Shown here in pieces: positions 28,827 through 37,514 of a DNA stretch of 64,000 nt (position 1 is the first letter of the stretch; every line of letters begins with the position of its first letter). The position numbers and the translations under genes were made by a program. Source of the stretch: Bacteroidia bacterium (GTDB lineage: Bacteria > Bacteroidota > Bacteroidia > JABEUT01); assembly GCA_052325425.1 (NCBI GenBank), contig JBKQUY010000025.1, positions 1,321 through 65,320 on the forward strand, given 5' to 3'. The notes under the pieces are model-generated. The model did no database searches. It saw nothing but the letters and a program-made list of their open reading frames with translations, and had not been told where the DNA came from.

Positions 28827-30263
28827 TTATTGATAATTTGAAAGAGTGATTTTTTTCTCCAGTTCCTGTATGTATCCTTTAAAGCGCTTATCCGTATCAA
28901 TCAGGTTGTTTACAGTTTTACAAGCATGCAATACAGTAGCATGGTCTTTTCCGCCGCATTGCAATCCAATACTTGCCAACGAAGATTTGGTGAAACTTTT
29001 TGCAAAATACATTGTTATCTGGCGGGCCTGTACAACTTCTCTCTTGCGGGTTTTAGACTTAATCATTTCAATAGGCAAGCCAAAATAGTCGCATACCACT
29101 TTTTGTATGTAATCAATGGAAACTTCACGTGCAGTATTCTTCACAAACTTGTCAATCATCTGCTTGGCAAGTTCAAGTGTGATAGCTTTTTTATTAAGTG
29201 ATGATTGTGCAACCAAAGATATTAATGCGCCTTCCAATTCACGGACATTGCTATTAATACTATAAGCAAGGTATTCCACTACATCACTCGATATATCAAG
29301 GCCTTCCGTATATATCTTTCTTTGAAGAATAGCAATGCGCGTTTCAAGGCCAGGCATTTGCAGGTCTGCGGCAAGTCCCCATTTGAAGCGTGATAACAGG
29401 CGTTGTTCCATACCTTCAATTTCAACCGGGGGTTTATCGCATGTGAAAACCAGTTGTTTACTATTTTGATGCAAATGATTAAATATATGGAAGAATACAT
29501 CCTGCGTTTTTTCCTTTTTCGCAAGAAACTGCACATCATCAACTATTAATACATCTATCATCTGGTAGAAGTTAATAAAGTCGTTCTGTGTGTTATTCTT
29601 GGTCGCGTCAATAAACTGGGTAGTGAATTTTTCCGATGACAGATAAAGAACAGTCTTATTAGGCAGGTTATTCTTTATCTCAAGCCCAATTGCGTGTGCA
29701 AGGTGGGTTTTGCCCAAACCTACACCCCCATATATAAACAGAGGGTTAAAGGATGTTCCTCCAGGTTTCTGTGCAACAGCAAATCCTGCAGAGCGTGCCA
29801 GGCGGTTACAATCCCCTTCGATAAAATTCTCGAATGAATAGTTAGGATTAAGCTGAGGAGCCACATCCACCTTTTTTAAACCGGGTATGATAAACGGGTT
29901 ACGAATAGGATTCTTATTAATATCAATAGGGATATTAACAGGTTGTCCTTTTGCCGCTTGCTTATTTGAGCCCGGTATTTTTACTGTGTAAGGTTTGGCA
30001 TTGCGTGTATTTTCCATAACAATGCTGTACTCTAAGCGTGAATCAGAGCCCAATTCCCTTTTAATTGCTTTCTTAAGTAAAGTGATGTAGTGCTCTTCCA
30101 GGTATTCATAAACAAACTGGCTGGGTACCTGGATAGTCAATACATTATCTTTTAACTTAATGGGCTTTATGGGCTCGAACCACGTTTTAAAGCTCTGCGG
30201 AGTTACGTTATCTTTGATAATCGCAAGACACTGTTCCCAAACTTTAACGTGCGTTTTTTCCAT
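28827..30263 (-). CDS. dnaA: chromosomal replication initiator protein DnaA
   Basis: AAA+ Walker A GGVGLGKTHLAHAIG. Box VII/sensor motifs. C-terminal DNA-binding domain ...VVQARQITMYFAKSFTKSSLASIGLQCGGKDHATVLHACKTV. Confidence 0.92.
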   Translation of the reverse strand: MEKTHVKVWEQCLAIIKDNVTPQSFKTWFEPIKPIKLKDNVLTIQVPSQFVYEYLEEHYITLLKKAIKRELGSDSRLEYSIVMENTRNAKPYTVKIPGSNKQAAKGQPVNIPIDINKNPIRNPFIIPGLKKVDVAPQLNPNYSFENFIEGDCNRLARSAGFAVAQKPGGTSFNPLFIYGGVGLGKTHLAHAIGLEIKNNLPNKTVLYLSSEKFTTQFIDATKNNTQNDFINFYQMIDVLIVDDVQFLAKKEKTQDVFFHIFNHLHQNSKQLVFTCDKPPVEIEGMEQRLLSRFKWGLAADLQMPGLETRIAILQRKIYTEGLDISSDVVEYLAYSINSNVRELEGALISLVAQSSLNKKAITLELAKQMIDKFVKNTAREVSIDYIQKVVCDYFGLPIEMIKSKTRKREVVQARQITMYFAKSFTKSSLASIGLQCGGKDHATVLHACKTVNNLIDTDKRFKGYIQELEKKITLSNYQ

Positions 30264-30617
30264 TATTTGATCAGAAGTATGATAGTTTTAACTAAAAATA
30301 TTTTCAATTTATTCCTTTCGATAATTTTATACTGGCAAAAAAAAGCAAATCATTTCAATAAAAAAATTTTTTCTGCTATTGTTTTTCTGAAAAAAAATTT
30401 ATATACAACTCCCCGCTTTTATCATATCTCTATATTGCCTATAAAATCAAGCTTTTCAAAGATACTGTAATTTTCTTATAAAATCAATATCAAGTGGCAA
30501 TGATAAATAATAATTTTGTTCCGCAACAAAAAACCGGCAAAAAAATTTTTCTTTTTCTTAATGTCGCACGAAAACAAATTCTATTACTTTTGACATAACC
30601 AATTTATCGTAAACCTC
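30264..30617. other. putative oriC / AT-rich DNA-unwinding region adjacent to dnaA
   Basis: 354-bp AT-rich intergenic tract with A/T homopolymer runs immediately upstream of dnaA. No perfect TTATCCACA boxes were seen by eye, only degenerate TTATCAnA-like sites. Confidence 0.35.
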
Positions 30618-31454
30618 ATGAAAAAGAATTTCTTGTTTTTTGGCGCTTTATCATTTGTAGTATTAGGTACTATTACATCATGTAAAAATAGTGAAGGCCC
30701 TGCCATGCCTGCCGAAGAAGTAATAAAGGATAGTGCTAAAGCTACTACCGTTACTAATCTTAACCTGCTTATGAGCAATATCCCTTCACCTTCCGATTTA
30801 TCAAAAGAATTGGCAAAGGAAGGCGTTCAGCTTAATAAAGGAATTCTTAATTCACCCGATAAAGCCGGTAATTACACAGGTACATACCAGCAAGCGGTAA
30901 ATATGGGTATTTACGGGGCCGATATGGGTTATGTTACCAGTTATAACCAGATGCAGGATGCTTCTTCATATATTATGCAGGTAGCCAAACTTGCCGGTGC
31001 GCTTGGCGTTACATCCGCATATGACCAAACACTTATGACTAAATTCAAGAATGCTGTTTCAAATAAAGATTCGTTAAGTGTAGTTATTCAGACTGCTTTT
31101 GACAGGGCACAAACGGAATTATATTCTAACAAACGTGCAGCCACAAGTACTTTAATATTTGCAGGCGGATGGATTGAAGGCTTATATATTGCTACTAACC
31201 TTGTAACAGATGAAAAGAATGATAAAAATGCCGGTATGTACACAAAAATATGGAGCCATGTGTATGCTTTTAGTTATTTGCAAAAGGCTTTAGCTGATTA
31301 CCAGGCAAGCAACACCGACTGTGCTAATATGATTAAAACACTTCAACCTCTGTTCGATATTGCTTCAAAATATTCTGACGCATCTGCTTTATCGCTGCAA
31401 GATATTCAGAGCATTAAACAGGCAGTTACTGATGTAAGAAACAAGCTCATTTAA
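30618..31454 (+). CDS. hypothetical lipoprotein
   Basis: Signal peptide with lipobox (TITSCKN). 278 aa. Confidence 0.5.
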   Translation: MKKNFLFFGALSFVVLGTITSCKNSEGPAMPAEEVIKDSAKATTVTNLNLLMSNIPSPSDLSKELAKEGVQLNKGILNSPDKAGNYTGTYQQAVNMGIYGADMGYVTSYNQMQDASSYIMQVAKLAGALGVTSAYDQTLMTKFKNAVSNKDSLSVVIQTAFDRAQTELYSNKRAATSTLIFAGGWIEGLYIATNLVTDEKNDKNAGMYTKIWSHVYAFSYLQKALADYQASNTDCANMIKTLQPLFDIASKYSDASALSLQDIQSIKQAVTDVRNKLI

Positions 31455-31563
31455 TTGTTGTTAGTTTTATACTAATTATAGTAACTTTTTTTTACTTAAT
31501 TATCATCTTCTGCATCCTGGTAACACCGCCAGGATGTATTGTTTTGGTCAATAGCCGGAATTT

Positions 31564-32037
31564 CTATTGCTGCATTTTCAGCAAAGCGGCAACCTTTTTA
31601 TCAATAGGGAAAGTAAAAGTGCTTTCCGATAATAAATGTATAGGCAACCATCTGAAACTTATGGCCCCTTCTTTAATTTCTGCAAAATCGAATGGCTTTT
31701 CAGATGTATTTAAAGTATATGATGAGGTTGCTTTTATCAGATAATATATGCTTATAACCTGCGCCTTAGGGTTAAATGCAGATACCTGGAAGAAATCTGT
31801 TGTATAAAAATGCCTTATTACTTCTACTGGAATACCGGTTTCCTCAAGCATTTCTCTTTTTATGGCATCAATAGTACCTTCACCAAACTCCAATCCTCCG
31901 CCTGGAAATTTTGTAATGTAATGTTCATGTATCAATTCATCGGCAATAAGAACACGCCCCGTATTATCTGGTAAAAGGCCGTAAACCCGCACATTAAAAG
32001 GGTATGACATAGGATATAAAGGTTTAAGTGTTATCAA
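31564..32037 (-). CDS. NUDIX hydrolase
   Basis: Nudix box GGGLEFGEGTIDAIKREMLEETGI. Confidence 0.8.
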   Translation of the reverse strand: MITLKPLYPMSYPFNVRVYGLLPDNTGRVLIADELIHEHYITKFPGGGLEFGEGTIDAIKREMLEETGIPVEVIRHFYTTDFFQVSAFNPKAQVISIYYLIKATSSYTLNTSEKPFDFAEIKEGAISFRWLPIHLLSESTFTFPIDKKVAALLKMQQ

Positions 32038-32130
32038 AAATACATATATATTACATATAGGAAATCAACAAGGCAATGTTGAGAACACCCTTTAGCGGGT
32101 ATTACTTATGCACTGTAACAATGGGTAATT

Positions 32131-32994
32131 TTGTTAAACTTTATGAACATTGTGAAGCCAATCTTTCGGAATTTACTGCTAATAGGTAGTTTCTCATCTC
32201 TTTTTGCGAACGTTTCAGCCATGTCCGCATTAGAATATATACAGAAATATAAAGATTGTGCCATTGAACAGATGCTGGTATATAATATCCCTGCCAGTGT
32301 TACACTGGCACAAGGTATGCTTGAATCTGACTACGGTAACAGCCCCCTTGCTAAATATGCAAACAACCACTTTGGCATTAAATGCCATGAAGATTGGACC
32401 GGCGATTATTATACTTATGATGACGACCTTAAAGGAGAACATTTCAGAAAATACTCTACTGTTGATGATTCATACCGCGACCATGCCCAGTTTCTTAAAT
32501 CAAGACCATGGTATGCTTTTTTGTTCCATTTTCAACGGACGGATTACCGGGATTGGGCTTACGGGCTTTCGAAAGCCGGTTATGCTACGGCACATGATTA
32601 TTCTCAACGACTTATCAGCATTATAAATGAAAACCATTTATATGTGTTTGATACTGTACTGCAGAACTTACATGGATTTGGCATTCTATATGATGTACCC
32701 CCTGTAATACCAGACCCGGAAACAGCTCCTGAATACGTTATACTTAAAGAAGGAGACGGTATTTATAAAATAGCGAGGCAATATAATGTAGATGTTAATA
32801 CTCTTTGCAGGATTAATGGTATAAGCATCAGTTCCAAATTATGGCCCGGTGAAAAATTGTATTTAAAACCCTTACGCAAACAAAGCGGTATGTTGATTCC
32901 TATACCTATAGAAGTAAAGATACCGCAGGACTTCCATTATGACATACCGGCTGTATTAAGGCGCAAAAATGAACTAATTGAATATACTTCTTAG
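32131..32994 (+). CDS. glucosaminidase (FlgJ-like muramidase) domain protein with C-terminal LysM
   Basis: ASVTLAQGMLESDYGNSPLAKYANNHFGIKC glucosaminidase motif. LysM-like YVILKEGDGIYKIARQYNVDVNTLCRINGI. Confidence 0.7.
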   Translation: MLNFMNIVKPIFRNLLLIGSFSSLFANVSAMSALEYIQKYKDCAIEQMLVYNIPASVTLAQGMLESDYGNSPLAKYANNHFGIKCHEDWTGDYYTYDDDLKGEHFRKYSTVDDSYRDHAQFLKSRPWYAFLFHFQRTDYRDWAYGLSKAGYATAHDYSQRLISIINENHLYVFDTVLQNLHGFGILYDVPPVIPDPETAPEYVILKEGDGIYKIARQYNVDVNTLCRINGISISSKLWPGEKLYLKPLRKQSGMLIPIPIEVKIPQDFHYDIPAVLRRKNELIEYTS

Positions 32995-33008
32995 CGCGCG
33001 CGGAAAAC

Positions 33009-34613
33009 TTATTTAGGAATGTGAGTGAGGTAAATATCCTGGTTTATCTCTGTTTTAAATGAGCCTTTATCTTCAATATTCAGGTCCTTTTTATATTCGG
33101 TGAATCCATCTGTAATTATACTTACATGATATTTTCCCGGCGGCAATATCATTACATACCTGCCTGTTGTGCCATTAGGAACATAGTTTCCATATAGCTC
33201 ATTCGTTTTTGCATCACTTATGCTAATCATTATATCGCTGAAGTTTTTAATTTTCGCTGATGTATCGGCGCTCTGAACGAGCCCAATAACAACAGAATAT
33301 AATTGTTCAGCGTTATTGAATTTTATCCTGTAAACATCAAGCCCTCCGTATCCACCCTTCCTTACTTGCGAAATATAGCCATAACTGCCATTAGCGGCAA
33401 TCCTGAAATTCATATCGTCATCGGGCGTATTTATGGGATAGCCCATATTTTGTACGGATGACCATTGATTGGCAGAATCACTCCAGTTAGCTTTAAATAT
33501 ATCGTAACCACCCATGCCTGTATGCCCTTGCGAGCTGAAATATAAAGTTTTTCCATCCGGCGAAATATTAGGGAAATCTTCGTTGCTTGGAGTATTAATT
33601 ACAGGGCCAAGGTTTTGCGGAACTCCCCAGCCTCCGTTAGGAAGTTTTTTAGAAACATAAATATCAATTCCACCAAGTCCGCCGGGACGATCGCTGGCAA
33701 AGTATATGGTACTCCCGTCCGCAGTGATTGACGCGGCTATCTGGTGCTGGTTTTTTTGGTTGATTACTTCTGGCAAAGCCATAGGAGTGCTGAAGCTTTT
33801 TCCTCCATCATCGGTAGAAGAGAAGATGCTTCCGAATCCTTTTTTATCAAAATAATAGAACAGCATGTAATCGCCTTCTTTAGATAAGCCTACTACTTCT
33901 GAGCTCTTGCCTGCCGCATCAATAGGAGGCCCAATATTAACCGCAGGCTGGTATTGCCCATCGCTTACATAAGATATATATATAGAAGGTGAAAAATTAT
34001 TTGCGCTGACTTTTTGCTTACCTGCTCCGCCACGTTTGCTGTTAAACACAATAAACGACTCATTGGTCGGAACAAAGGGGTAGTAATCATCATAGGGCGA
34101 ATTAATGTTTTTCCCTAAATTTTCAAAGGTTATATTAACCGGGAATTTCATCAGTTCCTTGGCATTCATGCAATATTGAATCTGAACCTCTGCATCCTTC
34201 ATATTATCAGGAGAACCTTTTCCCTCCTCCTTAAAATCATTGAATGTTTTAATGGCATCATCAAACCTGTATGCAAATTGATAGGCCCTGCCCAATAAAT
34301 AAAGGGTATTCGGGTTATGTTTTTTCAGGTGGGCAACCAGCTCAAGGTATGGTATTGCCTTTGTTTTATCAATATTGGTATTAAGATAACATACGCCCAG
34401 GCGGTAATTATAGAGGTCATTATCAGGGTATTTATCCACCAGGGTCAGGTATGCTTCAAGGGCATCATCAAAGTCTTCATCTGAAAAATAGTTATCGGCA
34501 TCTGTAGCACTGGCAGTAACCATATCACCAGTCTGGGCGAGAACGGGTACAAAGACTATGGAAAATAATATACTTAACGTAAGTATAATTATACTTTTAG
34601 GCATAAATATCAT
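33009..34613 (-). CDS. TPR + TolB-like WD40 beta-propeller repeat protein with C-terminal carboxypeptidase-regulatory-like domain
   Basis: Signal peptide. TPR N-terminus. Repeated GG.DIY blades similar to 11732..13753 but without an OmpA domain. Confidence 0.7.
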   Translation of the reverse strand: MIFMPKSIIILTLSILFSIVFVPVLAQTGDMVTASATDADNYFSDEDFDDALEAYLTLVDKYPDNDLYNYRLGVCYLNTNIDKTKAIPYLELVAHLKKHNPNTLYLLGRAYQFAYRFDDAIKTFNDFKEEGKGSPDNMKDAEVQIQYCMNAKELMKFPVNITFENLGKNINSPYDDYYPFVPTNESFIVFNSKRGGAGKQKVSANNFSPSIYISYVSDGQYQPAVNIGPPIDAAGKSSEVVGLSKEGDYMLFYYFDKKGFGSIFSSTDDGGKSFSTPMALPEVINQKNQHQIAASITADGSTIYFASDRPGGLGGIDIYVSKKLPNGGWGVPQNLGPVINTPSNEDFPNISPDGKTLYFSSQGHTGMGGYDIFKANWSDSANQWSSVQNMGYPINTPDDDMNFRIAANGSYGYISQVRKGGYGGLDVYRIKFNNAEQLYSVVIGLVQSADTSAKIKNFSDIMISISDAKTNELYGNYVPNGTTGRYVMILPPGKYHVSIITDGFTEYKKDLNIEDKGSFKTEINQDIYLTHIPK

Positions 34614-34680
34614 TTGAGGTTATAAAAATATAAAAAAGATTTGTCATTAACACAATCTATTAACTTTGTACAACCAAAAA

Positions 34681-34780
34681 GCGGAAGTAGCTCAGTTGGT
34701 AGAGCATCCTGACGTTCACAGTCAGGAGGTCGCGGGCCCTGACGCTTGGTCAGGGTGCTGACTGTAGCGTCAGCATTCGA
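34681..34780 (+). pseudogene. tRNA-Gly-derived tRNA-like pseudogene carrying three consecutive CTGAC/GTCAG hairpins
   Basis: First 26 nt identical to tRNA-Gly (gcggaagtagctcagttggtagagca). Followed by cctgac-gttcaca-gtcagg, ccctgac-gcttg-gtcaggg and gctgac-tgtagc-gtcagc. No acceptor 3' strand. Same upstream ttaactttgtac motif as the real tRNA. Confidence 0.55.
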
Positions 34781-34839
34781 AAAAAGCCCTATTCTTATAT
34801 AATATGTGAGGCTTTCTATTAACTTTGTACTGTCAAAAA

Positions 34840-34912
34840 GCGGAAGTAGCTCAGTTGGTAGAGCATCAGCTTCCCAAGCTGAGGGTCGCGGGTTCGAGCC
34901 CCGTTTTCCGCT
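34840..34912 (+). tRNA. tRNA-Gly (anticodon CCC)
   Basis: Acceptor GCGGAAG/TTTCCGC. Anticodon stem TCAGC/GCTGA with loop TTCCCAA. T arm GCGGG-TTCGAGC-CCCGT. Upstream TAnnTTTG-like motif (ttaactttgtac). Confidence 0.8.
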
Positions 34913-34977
34913 CTTAAGAAAAATATTAGCTACTTTAAGTTTATATATTATTTTCATTTTTGTCAGCTCACTCTATA

Positions 34978-35388
34978 TTACTTGCGTTTTGAGCGCATAG
35001 CTTTTAAGTGCCGGATACTTTTGTCCTTAGAAAATTTTTTATACTCCTCTGAATCTGTTGAATAAATGGCTATTTTCCCATAGGAGTTGCTATGAACGCC
35101 CCATGCATAGCGCTTTGTCAATGGAGAAGAACGAAAACAGGCTTGTCCTTTTGAAAAGAATTTTTCCAACTCTTTTTCTATATCAGAGTCTTTAATATTA
35201 TTTCTTATTGCAAATACGCTAAATAGTATTTCATCAGATGTATATTTATATGGATTATTCTTTATCATTTCAAATTGAATGTTTGCAACGGTCTTAACAC
35301 CATTCTTCAGAGGTGGTGTTTCTGAAACTTTTATAGGACAATCCTCTGCAACCTCGATAAATGTATTGAAATAGTTTGTGGTCTTCAT
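34978..35388 (-). CDS. hypothetical protein (136 aa), likely co-transcribed downstream of the Exo-GIY-YIG gene
   Basis: 30-bp gap after 35419..36783 on the same strand. No recognisable motif. Confidence 0.45.
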   Translation of the reverse strand: MKTTNYFNTFIEVAEDCPIKVSETPPLKNGVKTVANIQFEMIKNNPYKYTSDEILFSVFAIRNNIKDSDIEKELEKFFSKGQACFRSSPLTKRYAWGVHSNSYGKIAIYSTDSEEYKKFSKDKSIRHLKAMRSKRK

Positions 35389-35418
35389 ATCAGTATAGTT
35401 TCATAAAGTATAATCAAA

Positions 35419-36783
35419 TCAAAGCAAAATCTTTCTTAACGTTTTCGATTTTAAATACCCCCTTACCAGGTTATCCTGGTCGGCGTAATAGGTTGTGTGC
35501 TTAATAAGCTCTTTCAGTTCAGCAGGGTTTTCCATTTGTGTAGATGTATCAAAATAACCGTAACCGGCATAGTGGCCATCTTCAATTAATATAAGCGATT
35601 GTTCATCGGGCCTCCTTCCTTTGTCTATTACCATGAAATTTTTCTTTCCAAAAGAATATTCCTCCACTAACGTGTTGGCGCGCTGGTTATATAATTCTAC
35701 TGTTTCAAGTCCTGCACATATCCCATGACATTTTTTTATCTGGTGGTTAAAGCATACCTCATCTTCCGAAAGCCCGCAATATTTAAGGCAAAGCGAGTAT
35801 TCATCCATCCATGACTCTAAACGCTTCAATGCCGCTATATGTGTTGTAAATGCCTGCAACGAATTCCCTGCTTCATCATAAGGAGCTATTTTAAAATTTA
35901 TTATTCCCTGCTTATCCTCGTACCAATTGATGCTGTGGGTAAATATATCCGCCTTTTGAGCTCTGTTAAAATATGGTTTGTGTTTTTTAATTTCTTCTGT
36001 TTCCAATAATAATGCTATTATTTCGCTGCCTGTAAGTTCAAATTCCACATTGTACAGTTCATTCAGCATCTTTTTGCCTTTCCTTTCGTGGTTGTTAAAG
36101 TGGCTCATGGCGCGGTTATATATATTGGTTGACTTACCTATGTATATAATTTTTCCTTCTTTGTCGAGGAAATAATAGACGCCGCATTCTTCGGGCAATT
36201 TCTTCAGCACATAATCCTTTATCTTGTCAATCCTTCTGGCCATCAGTTCATCAACACCCATTTTGCGGTATTGCGGGTTCTGTGATTTTACCTGCAACAA
36301 AAGGTCGAACAATTTGGCAGTAGCCTCTGCATCGCCAAGCGCCCTGTGCCTGTTTTCAATGGGTATATTTAATGAAGCGCATAAATGCCCGAGGCTGTAT
36401 GATATTCTTTTCGGCAGTAATTTACGGCTAAGTCTTACTGTGCATAACTTTTCCCTCCTGAAATTATATCCCAAAAAGGCAAACTCTTCTTTTATAAAGC
36501 TATAATCGAAGCCTACATTGTGTGCGACAAATATTTTTCCTTCGGTCAGCTCTACAATCTGCTTGGCCACCTGGTGAAAGTGAGGCGCATCGGCAACCAT
36601 ATCATTTGTAATGCCTGAGAGGTTACTGTAAAACCCGCTGATATAACAGCCGGGGTTAATTAGCGTTGAGAACCTGTCTACCACCTGTAACCCATCATGA
36701 ATAAGTATGGCAATATCTATTATTCTCCCCTGGGGATGGCGGAATTTTGACCCACAGGTCTCTATATCTACTATGGCGAACAT
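35419..36783 (-). CDS. DEDDh 3'-5' exonuclease (DnaQ-like) fused to a GIY-YIG (UvrC/Cho-like) nuclease domain
   Basis: N-terminal Exo I motif FAIVDIETCG and later H..ALGDAEAT. Central GIY-YIG GVYYFLDKEGKIIYIGKSTNIYNRAMSH. Confidence 0.8.
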   Translation of the reverse strand: MFAIVDIETCGSKFRHPQGRIIDIAILIHDGLQVVDRFSTLINPGCYISGFYSNLSGITNDMVADAPHFHQVAKQIVELTEGKIFVAHNVGFDYSFIKEEFAFLGYNFRREKLCTVRLSRKLLPKRISYSLGHLCASLNIPIENRHRALGDAEATAKLFDLLLQVKSQNPQYRKMGVDELMARRIDKIKDYVLKKLPEECGVYYFLDKEGKIIYIGKSTNIYNRAMSHFNNHERKGKKMLNELYNVEFELTGSEIIALLLETEEIKKHKPYFNRAQKADIFTHSINWYEDKQGIINFKIAPYDEAGNSLQAFTTHIAALKRLESWMDEYSLCLKYCGLSEDEVCFNHQIKKCHGICAGLETVELYNQRANTLVEEYSFGKKNFMVIDKGRRPDEQSLILIEDGHYAGYGYFDTSTQMENPAELKELIKHTTYYADQDNLVRGYLKSKTLRKILL

Positions 36784-36968
36784 ACGTTATTGCAAAGATA
36801 TGCCAAAGCAATTCAAATTTCAGAAAAAAATTGAATTGCGAATAATGATTAACGAATGATGATTAACGAAGTAAACCAGGCGACAATTTTTTGTTGTCCT
36901 TACATTATTCCATAGTGAATACTTTTTATCTCAATTTTAGGTTTAATCCTCATTATCAACTACTTAAA

Positions 36969-37067
36969 CGGGTTTACACTTTTTGACCCTTCTAAACATG
37001 CAATTACTTGGTAATCAAATATATAGTTTTTTAAAACCCCTGAAAAGTGTAAACCCGTGTAAACCCG
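36969..37067. repeat. ~100-bp inverted-repeat-bounded element, copy A (MITE-like)
   Basis: cgggtttacactttttgaccc...ccctgaaaagtgtaaacccgtgtaaacccg. The termini are inverted repeats (gggtttacacttttTGACCC / GGGGtgaaaagtgtaaaccc). About 85% similar to the copy at 52775..52874. Confidence 0.6.
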
Positions 37068-37514
37068 TTGCATAAATTAAAAACTGCACATTTTTGTCCC
37101 GCAATATATGCGGGATGCAATTTTTTTCCATTTTTTTGCTGAATTTTGTTAGCATTATTTTAAAATTCATTTTTAACACAGAGTCATTACGCTTCGGTTA
37201 TGATGCTGATATTTATCGTCAGCAAGCACTGAGAATAAAACTTCACAGAGGTTCACAGATCTTAATTCGTAATTAACTACCGCCAGGTCACCAATGTTTT
37301 TCATTTTTCACTTTTGGCTTTTCACTTAATAATGCAAATATAAACAATTTATTAATATAATATGAAAATATAATTTATTAAATTATCAACAACCACGGAT
37401 TATTTCAATCGAAGATGATTAGCATCAGTGAATAATCCGTCCAATCTGTGTCATCAGTGTTCTATTTGTATTGATAAAAACAAACCATAAATTTGAATCT
37501 TTTCAAATAGCGTT

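Noticed and set aside
34610-34957. 115-aa minus-strand ORF spanning the tRNA-Gly locus
   Set aside because: It overlaps a well-formed tRNA and tRNA-like pseudogene. Its translation is low-complexity read-through of tRNA sequence. Spurious.
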